Shown: one piece after another, positions 30,935-39,792 of the stretch
How positions within the stretch are numbered: position 1 is the stretch's first letter
Layout: every line of letters starts with the position of its first letter
From: an uncultured delta proteobacterium
GTDB lineage: Bacteria > Desulfobacterota > Desulfobacteria > Desulfobacterales > UBA2156
NCBI GenBank assembly: GCA_963736855.1
Contig: CAVTQK010000024.1
Location: 96,001-160,000, forward strand
DNA: 64,000 nucleotides
Direction: 5' to 3'
Translations under genes and position numbers: made by a program
Notes under the pieces: generated by a model
Told to the model about the DNA's origin: nothing
Seen by the model: the letters and a program-made list of their open reading frames with translations, nothing else
The model's database searches: none

Positions 30935-32845
30935 TCACATTACGACGGCATTGATAAAAAGATGCACGAGGATAGCGGCGGCATACCCCAGAGCGATCAC
31001 TGGAGTCCAAATGAGGTGAGAGCCGAAGGTATAAATGCCTCTCGCTGTCCCTAAAAGACCCACACCGGCGGCGGATCCGATGGCAAGTAAACTGCCACCT
31101 GTTCCTGTAGTCAGAGTGATCAGAAGCCATTGCCCCGTGGACATGGAAGGATCCATGGTCAAGACGGCGTACATTACCGGGATATTGTCCACCACGGCTG
31201 AAAGCAATCCCACGAGGATATTGGCAATGGTGGGACCCAAGCCCGTGTACATGAGGTTGGAAATCAGGCTAAGATAGCCGAATTCGGCCAAACCCCCCAC
31301 GCATAAGATTACGCCGTAGAAAAACAGCAGGGTATCCCACTCGGCGCGGGCGATCCGTTTCATCAGGTCGAAATGCTCCGCCATCTTTTTTTGCTCGGTG
31401 CAATCCTGAATGATCTCGATGGCGCCGATGACTTGGCCTTTTCCATCTTTGACGGGTGCGGCGGTGAACCCGAGCCATTTCCCGTCTTTTCCGAGGGTCG
31501 GGAAGAAGTCCGCGGCATCATAGGCTTCTTCGGCCAGGGGGCTGATGCGGTGCTTGCCCTCATAAAATTTGCCGATCTGGACCTCGGGCATACTGTCCAG
31601 AACCAGGTCCGCCAGGGCAGGGCGTTTGCTCTTGTAAAAAGGGGACCACGTCAGATTCGTCCCGGCCCGTTCGGAAGCCGAAACACCCGTCAATTCCTCC
31701 ATCCCCTTATTCCATACGGTGATCTTGTGATCCCGGCCGATCATAAATGCCGGCATGGGGATTTTTTCGATGACTTGGCCCACATCTTCCCCGTATTTCC
31801 GCAAAAGGCGCAAAGGGTTTAGACTTTCGTCGGGTCGGGCTCCCAGGATGGGGTCATAGCGATAAAGGCGGCCTTCCTGTTGTTTGACGTGGTGGCTTAA
31901 AACCCCTAAAAATCCGAGTCCCAGCATCATTCCTGCTGCAGGGGGGAGATGCAGGAAGTGATGAAAACAGACTGCCGTGGCGATAGTCAGGATAAAGAGC
32001 CCCATCATCAATTTTGCTCCGTACTTCATCTGAATGTGCTCGTTTAAGGGATGGGGCTTGTCTTTTCCAACCGCAAAATTCATGGCCAAAGCCGGTATAA
32101 ACCAGTTGATCAGGGAGGGTACGAAGACCAGGAAGAATTCTGAGAACTGGACCTTTCCCTTTTGCCATACCATCAACGTCGTGATGTCCCCGAATGGGGA
32201 GAAGGCGCCGCCGGCATTGGCCGCCACCACGATGCTGATGCAGGAAAGGCTGACGAAGCGATGGTTATCCCCGCCTACCGCCATGACCACCGCACCCATT
32301 AAAAGCGCTGTGGTGAGGTTATCCGCGAAAGGTGAAATAAAAAAGGCCAACAACCCCGTGATCCAGAATATCAGGCGCAGGGAAAATCCCCGGGAGACCA
32401 AAAAGGCGCGCAGGAACTGGAAGACGTTTCGTTCTTCCAGGGAGTTGATATAGGTCATGGCCGCAAGGATGAACAGGAACAGTTCTGCATACTCGAGGAG
32501 GCTCGCGCGGATGGCTGTTCCGGCGGCATGAAGATTTCCGGCCCGAGTGTATGCGATGGCCACGAGAACCCAGATTAGGCCTGCGGACATGAGGACCGGG
32601 ATGCTCTTTCTCAAGTGCAGTTTGTTTTCCAGTGGGACAAAAGAATAGGCAAAAACAAAGAGCGCTAAGGAAAGATAACCCCAATAGGTTCGTGACAACT
32701 CCAACGTTGAGGATCCGCCGGAGCTCCCGCTGCTTGCCCACACTACCGTCGTCGTGATCAAGAGTATGGCCGCAAACAGGAGTCGTTTGCTGCATAAGCG
32801 CTTCAAAAACGTCATCAATTTTCTTTCAATAGTGGGTCCCTCCAT
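30935..32845 (-). CDS. nhaD: Na+/H+ antiporter NhaD with internal PAS domain
   Basis: LRKSIP, EYAELFLF..AMTY, ADNLTTAL, ANAGGAFSPFGDITT, EWDTLLFF, DNIP, GGSLLAIGSAAGV; PAS insert between helices. Confidence 0.9.
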   Translation of the reverse strand: MEGPTIERKLMTFLKRLCSKRLLFAAILLITTTVVWASSGSSGGSSTLELSRTYWGYLSLALFVFAYSFVPLENKLHLRKSIPVLMSAGLIWVLVAIAYTRAGNLHAAGTAIRASLLEYAELFLFILAAMTYINSLEERNVFQFLRAFLVSRGFSLRLIFWITGLLAFFISPFADNLTTALLMGAVVMAVGGDNHRFVSLSCISIVVAANAGGAFSPFGDITTLMVWQKGKVQFSEFFLVFVPSLINWFIPALAMNFAVGKDKPHPLNEHIQMKYGAKLMMGLFILTIATAVCFHHFLHLPPAAGMMLGLGFLGVLSHHVKQQEGRLYRYDPILGARPDESLNPLRLLRKYGEDVGQVIEKIPMPAFMIGRDHKITVWNKGMEELTGVSASERAGTNLTWSPFYKSKRPALADLVLDSMPEVQIGKFYEGKHRISPLAEEAYDAADFFPTLGKDGKWLGFTAAPVKDGKGQVIGAIEIIQDCTEQKKMAEHFDLMKRIARAEWDTLLFFYGVILCVGGLAEFGYLSLISNLMYTGLGPTIANILVGLLSAVVDNIPVMYAVLTMDPSMSTGQWLLITLTTGTGGSLLAIGSAAGVGLLGTARGIYTFGSHLIWTPVIALGYAAAILVHLFINAVVM

Positions 32846-32980
32846 GCTTCAGAAGCCGCGAAAGTCCCGGTTACGAAAAAATAGGTCCCGGGGCATTCGT
32901 TTCACTCCTGAACCCTTTGAATCCTTGGACTCTGCATATTTCATTTTGACCAAAATCTCATTTTTTTCAAGTAACAAATC

Positions 32981-33174
32981 TTGATGAAACCCTAATAAGG
33001 CCGATTTTTCTCGCGCCGCAAGTCTTTTCGGAAGATCCAAAGGGTTTCGCTAAATCTCAAGAACTCGGCACAAGTGCCTCAAACAGCTTGAGATTTTTAA
33101 CGCTCAACCCTTTGCCTCTCTTTTTCCGAAAAGACTTGAATGGCGCTCACAAAACCTTTTTACGAAGCCATCAA
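32981..33174. repeat. 194-bp REPIN/MITE-like element, family B copy 1
   Basis: Same termini as family A; long internal inverted repeat; reverse-complement match to 34696-34889. Confidence 0.9.
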
Positions 33175-33269
33175 TCTTGGCTTAGAAGGAATCTTGAAGA
33201 GTTCACCCTGTTGTTGCAAAAGCCGTATTTTTTCTATACCTTATCATGTTTTTTATGCAACTGCAGCGT

Positions 33270-34115
33270 TCACTCAAACCGAGCCAAAAACGATTCCGGT
33301 ATCAGGCGGATCCAGTCATAGAGCCGGCCCTTGAGAATGAAAAGGCGGGGGGCTTCCGGAAAGTCGAAGAGCCGATAGAGGCGATACGAATCCGGGTTGG
33401 CGGCTGAAAATGCAAGTTCGGCCGCCGAGAGGGAAAAGGGGAAACGCATACCGCATGATGTGGTTTTAACCTTGATGAAAATGGGCTTTTCATTGTATTC
33501 GTAAGAGAGGATGTCATAGGGTGAAACCGATGCCCGTTTTACGGAGATTTGCTCTATGCGATCGGCCATCCGGAGACTCACTTCCTCCCGAAGTCTTGCC
33601 CTTTCAAGATCCAGAACAAACCCTTTTCCGGCCTCTTTCAGGTCGGAATTGTTCGCTTCTGCAGTGGCGAAGGTGTATTTCTTCATGGTTTTTCTAAGGA
33701 GACGTTCCTTATTACCGGATCCGGGGGGATGAGACTCAGGGGGATCCACGATGGTGGCACGGAAAAAGAGATCTCGCTGAACCGGTGCCAGCAGGGATCT
33801 TTCGGCATAAGCCATCAGGATGTCGACAATTTCGGTGTGTTTTCCCAGGTGTGAGTCGATCTGCTCGATCAGGAGCATTTGATAATTATCCAGGGGTTTA
33901 TAACCCCTGATGTATGGCAGATTTAGGGCCAGAAGAGCGGCGCTGATGGTCTGATATTTTTTTTGGACGGCTCCGGCATTGCGTGGGGTCAATTTTTCGA
34001 CGAGCCGGTTTCGGTGATCCATTTTGCTGTAAGGTTCCCCTTTAAGTTCCCTGCAGAGCATAATAAAGTAATCCGCCACGATGGCTTCTACTTCTTCCTT
34101 GCTCCAGGGATTCAT
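33270..34115 (-). CDS. DUF3883 (No-vein C-terminal-like, PD-(D/E)xK fold) domain protein
   Basis: N-terminal W..EE....VADY..ML, GYKP..NYQ; C-terminal YDILS, VKTT, F..S..E, Y.LYRLF.F. Confidence 0.75.
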   Translation of the reverse strand: MNPWSKEEVEAIVADYFIMLCRELKGEPYSKMDHRNRLVEKLTPRNAGAVQKKYQTISAALLALNLPYIRGYKPLDNYQMLLIEQIDSHLGKHTEIVDILMAYAERSLLAPVQRDLFFRATIVDPPESHPPGSGNKERLLRKTMKKYTFATAEANNSDLKEAGKGFVLDLERARLREEVSLRMADRIEQISVKRASVSPYDILSYEYNEKPIFIKVKTTSCGMRFPFSLSAAELAFSAANPDSYRLYRLFDFPEAPRLFILKGRLYDWIRLIPESFLARFE

Positions 34116-34139
34116 CTCGGCGGCCCTTACGGTGATGAG

Positions 34140-34508
34140 TTATACAGATTTTTCATTTTCGACGATGGACAACCCTACGAGATAATGATCCTTGTAAGGT
34201 CCTTCCCGGCAAAAGGTGATGTGACGGATTTCAGTCAGGATATTCTTTAATAGCCTGGGCGCATTCAAGGGGGCATAACTCATGCTATGAGTTTCCCCTA
34301 CTTTAATGTGAGCAAGAATTGCCGAATCCTGACGGATGGCAATGCAAAGTCCGCCATTGGAAATATCGCGCAGTTTGAACTGGTAAGCCGGGCTTTCCTT
34401 GCTGATTGCAAACTGTACGCTGTAATAGCAATCCACGAGAGTTCTGGGGGAAGCTCTTTTTTCCCTGAAATCGTCTTGGGTGTCCTGTTGTTTTTCCATG
34501 GCCGCCAT
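34140..34508 (-). CDS. Stand-alone PilZ domain protein
   Basis: EKRASPR (RxxxR) and DISNGG (DxSxxG) motifs; the ORF-track extension to 34730 runs through repeats. Confidence 0.82.
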   Translation of the reverse strand: MAAMEKQQDTQDDFREKRASPRTLVDCYYSVQFAISKESPAYQFKLRDISNGGLCIAIRQDSAILAHIKVGETHSMSYAPLNAPRLLKNILTEIRHITFCREGPYKDHYLVGLSIVENEKSV

Positions 34509-34536
34509 TATTCGGATATTTTTGGGATACTCAAAA

Positions 34537-34693
34537 TTGATGGCTTCGTAAAAAGTCCAATTTCTGCGTTGCGCTTCATCCCGTTGCGATTTCGACGTAC
34601 GATAAGTACGCCTCATCACACGGGATTCGCGACGCCTTGAACTTGAACTTTTTACTTTGCCATCTGATTTTCGACTTTTTACGAGTTCGTCAA
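34537..34693. repeat. 157-bp diverged family A element
   Basis: Same length, termini and internal layout as the other family A copies, with many substitutions. Confidence 0.85.
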
Positions 34694-34695
34694 AA

Positions 34696-34889
34696 TTGAT
34701 GGCTTCGTAAAAAGGTTTTGTGAGCGCCATTCAAGTCTTTTCGGAAAAAGAGAGACAAAGGGTTGAGCGTTAAAAATCTCAAGCTGTTTGAGGCACTTGT
34801 GCCGAGTTCTTGAGATTTAGCGAAACCCTTTGTATCTTCCGAAAAGACTTGCGGCGCTAGAAAAATCAGCCTTTTTACGATTTCATCAA
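34696..34889. repeat. 194-bp REPIN/MITE-like element, family B copy 2
   Basis: Abuts the diverged A copy (2-bp gap); inverted relative to 32981-33174. Confidence 0.9.
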
Positions 34890-34919
34890 AATTGACTTAA
34901 TCTTAACAAAGGGTTGCTG

Positions 34920-37331
34920 TCAAGCCGTGCCTTTTTGGGAAACATGTTTTTGGATGCACAGCCATGCCGACAGATAGGACACCGCTGCAAAGAGCAGGTT
35001 TGTCGATATTCCGAAACCGATGGCAATTTGAACGGCGGCAACAGCGGTTAATACCGATGCACACCCGTTGGCCGCCCAGGCAAAGGCTCGTTGTTGAGGG
35101 CCGTCCAAAAGGATGCGCATCCCCATGGGAAACGGAAGGCCTGCCGGAAGACCCATCGGCAAAAGGAGTATAAGGGCGAAGACCGTGCGAGAGGTTTTGG
35201 GAAGTCTTAACGCCTGGTGAATCCCCGAATCCAGCATCCAATAACTGACAGCCGCTAGAATTGTCAGTGCCAAAAGGGATTTTTGCATCGCACCTTTTCG
35301 CAGATTCTGGGATATCCCGCCCCCTGCGCCCGAAAAAATAAGGATCCCGGCTATCCCGGCGACGAAGCTGACTACCGGATCTCCTAGAAGCAGGGTGAAA
35401 GCCTGAATGAAATACATTTCCAGAAACATGAACCCCATACCCACGAAAAAAAAGAAGAGGAAATTTGGAAGGAGATGATTATCGCCTCGCCGAAAAATTG
35501 AAGAAAGCGGGAGCAATAGGAAAAGGATACTGATAGCCGCCGCTTCGATCAGAACGACCCAAACGACGATTTCCCCGGACATGAAGAGGGAGTAAAAGCG
35601 GCTTCCGGTGCTCCGGTATAGGGTCCGGATCCGGTCGTACTTGATGAATCTGTCCGGAAAAGGACGTTCATCCGTACAGGGTTTGACATCAATGAGGTAG
35701 TCATTAAAGAAGGTTTCCGGTTTGTCCTTTTCATAGGCATCGGATAGCTCGGAAAGAGCGCGGTGGTAGTAAGGCTCCGGAAACCGATTAAACCGGTTCA
35801 CAGGGTGAGCAATCGATATCTTGCTGAAAACAAAATCGAAATTGAGTCGATTTGCGAAATCGATCAGAGGCGCCGGGTCAGGCAGTGCCGACCTGGAAGC
35901 GATCAGGACGAAAGTATCCCAGTTTCTGAGGATGAGGATATGGCGACCCGGATCCGAGACGCCCTTTTGGACGAGGCACTTGTAAGCGGTGGACCACAGC
36001 CGGAGCGAGTCTGCCGGTGGAAGACGAAGCTTCCTGGAAACGATCAAAATGCCTCGATGCGAAAGACGATTCAGATATGCCGCAAAAGCATCCAGCGTCA
36101 GGAGATAGTCCTGGGTCAGGGCACCGGTTCCGGGAAGGGAGGGACCCCAGTTTTCTACATGGATGACGTCGAATGTCGGTCCGGGGGCTGCCAGAAACGC
36201 CCTGGGCGCGTCGGAAACGACGGTGATCCGATAATGTTCTTGGGTCAGTTGTGCCAGGAAAGGGTGGGGTTCCACCACCGTGATGCTTTCGGCTCCCGAT
36301 GCCAGGGCACAGGGGATTGCGGTGCCGCCTCCAGGCTGAATAATCAGAACCCCTCCGGGGTTAGGTATCAGCACATATCCGGCATACTGAAGGGTAAACC
36401 GGGCAAAAGCCTTGTTCGTGTTTGTTTCGTAGAAGGTTAAAGGATGGTCGCCATCCTTGAAGGCCGCCCACTGGGCCGGAGGTGTTGATGGATACTTCAA
36501 GCTCAATCCCGGCGCATACCTGAGGTGAGGGCTTTGCAGACAATCCACCCGGCCGTAAATGCTGGAGGCCTTCTGAAAAACCTGGGAGTCCGGAAACTGG
36601 AGGGACTGACTCAAAGCCTTGTAAGGGGAAGGGCGGATCTGCAGCAGGGCGTTGGTGCCTGAAAAAAGAAAAACAGCGAAAACGCAAAGAATCCCAACGG
36701 CAGTGAGCATGGCCAAGGAAACGCCTTTAGTTTGGGAAAAGAAGGGCTTATGAAAAAAATCTTGGAGAAGGCTTTTCAGACCATCGCCTGCCGCGGGAAT
36801 TAAAGGGATCAGGGCGGATAGGGCCGCAGCCCCCGTTTCACCGAATAGAGAGAGAAGCGGGATCGAAGCGGCGGCGCCGCACGCCGATCCAGCCATGCTG
36901 GCAAAATACAAGATTCCGCTTTTTTCAGGACAGGCGGCATATCCGATCATGATGGCCAGGCCGCAAAAGAAAAAGGCAACACCCAGCACCAGGTAAAGGA
37001 TGAAAAGGTAAAGGATCTGTCTGGGTTCGAAGGGGAGCCTGAAATAATCAAAAGGAATCCGGCTTAAGATGAAAAGCGAAAAGAGGATGCTGATCGAAAA
37101 AGCAAAGGCAAGGAGGTCCAGATGAATTCCTGCCGACCACTTCCTTTCCCAACCGGGCATGCGACCGTCCAAAAGGGAGAACAGGACGCCTCCGGCTGAA
37201 AAACCGAGAAGGGCGATGCTGATCACCATGAAAGACAGATGGTTCCACTGGCTTATGGAAAAAAGGCGTGTCAGGAAAATTTCAAAGGCCAGTGAGGAAA
37301 AGGAAAGAAAAAATACGGTCCACAGGATCAT
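34920..37331 (-). CDS. Large membrane protein with central spermidine synthase-like/SAM-methyltransferase domain
   Basis: N-terminal TM bundle (LAFEI.LTRLFS), VLIIQPGGG, ITVVE, DAPR, FDVI, PCTDERPF, C-terminal TM bundle (GFMFLE, W.ANG..SV). Confidence 0.78.
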   Translation of the reverse strand: MILWTVFFLSFSSLAFEIFLTRLFSISQWNHLSFMVISIALLGFSAGGVLFSLLDGRMPGWERKWSAGIHLDLLAFAFSISILFSLFILSRIPFDYFRLPFEPRQILYLFILYLVLGVAFFFCGLAIMIGYAACPEKSGILYFASMAGSACGAAASIPLLSLFGETGAAALSALIPLIPAAGDGLKSLLQDFFHKPFFSQTKGVSLAMLTAVGILCVFAVFLFSGTNALLQIRPSPYKALSQSLQFPDSQVFQKASSIYGRVDCLQSPHLRYAPGLSLKYPSTPPAQWAAFKDGDHPLTFYETNTNKAFARFTLQYAGYVLIPNPGGVLIIQPGGGTAIPCALASGAESITVVEPHPFLAQLTQEHYRITVVSDAPRAFLAAPGPTFDVIHVENWGPSLPGTGALTQDYLLTLDAFAAYLNRLSHRGILIVSRKLRLPPADSLRLWSTAYKCLVQKGVSDPGRHILILRNWDTFVLIASRSALPDPAPLIDFANRLNFDFVFSKISIAHPVNRFNRFPEPYYHRALSELSDAYEKDKPETFFNDYLIDVKPCTDERPFPDRFIKYDRIRTLYRSTGSRFYSLFMSGEIVVWVVLIEAAAISILFLLLPLSSIFRRGDNHLLPNFLFFFFVGMGFMFLEMYFIQAFTLLLGDPVVSFVAGIAGILIFSGAGGGISQNLRKGAMQKSLLALTILAAVSYWMLDSGIHQALRLPKTSRTVFALILLLPMGLPAGLPFPMGMRILLDGPQQRAFAWAANGCASVLTAVAAVQIAIGFGISTNLLFAAVSYLSAWLCIQKHVSQKGTA

Positions 37332-38050
37332 CGGCGTCTCATAACGTGTCCGGTAAGAGGCACAAAGAGAACTCCGCAGATCTGATCGACGGTATAATCC
37401 TCCCCCTTTTTGGTGACCCGGACCAGGTTCTGGTAGCTGAAGGGATTTCCCAGGGGAAGGATGAGGCGACCGCCGTCTTTGAGTTGTTTGAGCAGAGGCG
37501 GTGGAATGTGATCCACTGCCGCAGTGATCATGATGGCGTCGAAAGGTTGAACTTGTTCCCAGCCGAAGTATCCGTCTCCGTGCCGAGTTTGTATTTTTGT
37601 ATAGCCAAGATTATTTAGGATCTTGGATGCATTTTCATAAAGCTTTACTTTAATTTCAATCGTGTAAACGCTCGGCGTCATTTGGGACAAAACGGCGGCC
37701 TGGTAACCGGATCCGGTACCCACCTCCAGCACCTTGCTGTCCGAATTGATGGACAACTTTTCAGTCATCAGTGCCACGATATAGGGCTGGGAGATAGTTT
37801 GGCCTTCTCCGATGGGAAGGGGATGATCTCCATAGGCACGACCCCTCAGTTCTTCCGGAACAAAGAGGTGTCTGGGGACTCTTTCCATCGCCGAAAGGAC
37901 CGCCTTGTCGATGATGCCCCGGGCTTGAATTTGGGTTTGAACCATCATTTCGCGCTCTTTTCGATACGGATCGATGGTTCCGGTATCGGAAGCGTGCGAT
38001 GGTCTTGTGAGGAGAAACAGGATGGCAAAAATCAGGCTGAATCGTTTCAT
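37328..38050 (-). CDS. pcm: Protein-L-isoaspartate O-methyltransferase with N-terminal signal-like peptide
   Basis: VPRHLFV, GQTISQP, VLEVGTGSGYQAA, GDG..GW, FDAI, LKDGGRL, FVPL. Confidence 0.95.
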   Translation of the reverse strand: MKRFSLIFAILFLLTRPSHASDTGTIDPYRKEREMMVQTQIQARGIIDKAVLSAMERVPRHLFVPEELRGRAYGDHPLPIGEGQTISQPYIVALMTEKLSINSDSKVLEVGTGSGYQAAVLSQMTPSVYTIEIKVKLYENASKILNNLGYTKIQTRHGDGYFGWEQVQPFDAIMITAAVDHIPPPLLKQLKDGGRLILPLGNPFSYQNLVRVTKKGEDYTVDQICGVLFVPLTGHVMRRR

Positions 38051-38232
38051 TTCAATCCTTTTTTGCTTGATGAAAAGATGACGGAGGTGACGGCCAAAGT
38101 CAAGGGCAAAGTCCCGGTTTCGGGTATAGACAAGAAGAGGCTTTTATGGTTTGATCCCATCCGACGGATCTTATTATCCAGATGGATACCGGCTTCAGCC
38201 GATAGGGAGCCTGAGAGGAAAGGAATCTGCCC

Positions 38233-39762
38233 ATGAAAGCGATTTTGAAAAACTTGGGAATCAAAGCGACGGAGGAAGGCGGTGGAACCGGATCTGCAAT
38301 CCGTTGCCACGGAAGACTTATGGACGTGGTTTCTCCGATCAACGGAAAGCTTATCGGCAGGGTGCGTCTTGCCGATCGCAAGGATTATGAAAGCGTGGTC
38401 CAATGCGCCGTCGATGCTTTTACGTCATGGAAGATGGTGCCGGCCCCGAAGAGGGGAGACATCGTGCGTCAGATCGGTATCGCACTGCGGGAAAAAAAGG
38501 AAGATCTGGGGGCGTTGGTCAGCCTCGAAGTCGGCAAGATCCGTGCAGAAGGGGAGGGTGAGATCCAGGAGGCCATCGACATGTCGGATTTTGCCGTGGG
38601 CCAATCCCGGATGCTTTATGGACTCTCCATGCACAGCGAACGTCCGATACACCGTATGTATGAGCAATGGCACCCCTTAGGGCCTGTCGGTGTAATAACT
38701 GCGTTTAATTTTCCTGCGGCGGTCTGGTCATGGAATGCACTGATCGCCCTGGTTTGTGGAGATACGGTGATCTGGAAGCCATCTTCCAAAGCCCCCCTCA
38801 CCGCCATTGCCCTCATGAAGATCGCACAAGGGGTTTTGCAGAAAAACGGGCTTCCCCAGGGGATTCTGGGATGGGTTATCGGAGATCGTCATGAGGTGGG
38901 GGAAGCCTTCATCAACGATCCGAGGATTCCGCTGATTTCGGCCACCGGGAGTGTGGCCATGGGAAGGCATATCTCCAAGGCTGTTTCCCGACGTTTGGGT
39001 AAAACCCTTCTGGAACTGGGCGGAAACAACGCCGTCATCGTCACGGCAAGAGCGGATATGGATTTGGCGGTGCGCGCCATCGTGTTCGGCGCCGTGGGAA
39101 CGGCCGGGCAGCGATGCACCACTACACGCCGGGTGATCGCGCACAAGGACATTTACGATGTGCTCACCCAGGCATTGATGAAAACCTATCGGCAGATACC
39201 CATCGGCGATCCCCTGAACCCCTCAACCCTCATGGGCCCCTTGATCGACCGAAAAGCTGTTCAAAACATGCAGTCCGCCCTTTCCAGCCTCAAAAAGCAG
39301 GGAGGGCGGATACTGTACGGAGGAGAGGTCCTTTCCGGAAAGCGCTTTTCCGCCGGCACCTATGTAACCCCGTGTCTTTGCGAGGCGCCTCCCGATGCCC
39401 CCATTGTTTCCGAGGAGACGTTTGCCCCTATTTTATACCTCATCCGGTACGAGACGCTTCAGGAAGCCATCCGATACCATAATGCGGTACCACAGGGGCT
39501 GTCTTCAGCCATCTTCACCGCCGATATGCGGGAAGCCGAATTGTTTTTATCCCAGATAGGAAGCGATTGCGGGATTGCCAACGTCAATGTGGGCACGTCC
39601 GGAGCCGAAATCGGAGGTGCTTTCGGAGGCGAGAAAAATACGGGAGGCGGCCGAGAATCCGGGTCCGATGCCTGGAAGATTTACATGCGTCGTCAGACCT
39701 GCACCATCAACTGGGGAACCGAGCTGCCCCTGGCCCAGGGGATCCGATTCGAACCGGTTTAG
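38233..39762 (+). CDS. Aldehyde dehydrogenase, ALDH7/antiquitin (piperideine-6-carboxylate dehydrogenase-like) family
   Basis: ITAFNFP, LLELGGNNA, GTAGQRCTTTRR, EETFAP, GAEIGGAFGGEK.TGGGRESGSD. Confidence 0.92.
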   Translation: MKAILKNLGIKATEEGGGTGSAIRCHGRLMDVVSPINGKLIGRVRLADRKDYESVVQCAVDAFTSWKMVPAPKRGDIVRQIGIALREKKEDLGALVSLEVGKIRAEGEGEIQEAIDMSDFAVGQSRMLYGLSMHSERPIHRMYEQWHPLGPVGVITAFNFPAAVWSWNALIALVCGDTVIWKPSSKAPLTAIALMKIAQGVLQKNGLPQGILGWVIGDRHEVGEAFINDPRIPLISATGSVAMGRHISKAVSRRLGKTLLELGGNNAVIVTARADMDLAVRAIVFGAVGTAGQRCTTTRRVIAHKDIYDVLTQALMKTYRQIPIGDPLNPSTLMGPLIDRKAVQNMQSALSSLKKQGGRILYGGEVLSGKRFSAGTYVTPCLCEAPPDAPIVSEETFAPILYLIRYETLQEAIRYHNAVPQGLSSAIFTADMREAELFLSQIGSDCGIANVNVGTSGAEIGGAFGGEKNTGGGRESGSDAWKIYMRRQTCTINWGTELPLAQGIRFEPV

Positions 39763-39792
39763 CCTGAAGGACGAACCGCCGGCGCTTGCATC

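Noticed and set aside
34509..34730. N-terminal extension of the PilZ ORF (likewise the lysA extension from 11252)
   Set aside because: The extensions are read-through into repeat elements
4664..34889. Repeats as a CRISPR array
   Set aside because: They are dispersed, 157-194 bp long, have no repeat-spacer periodicity, and no cas genes are present
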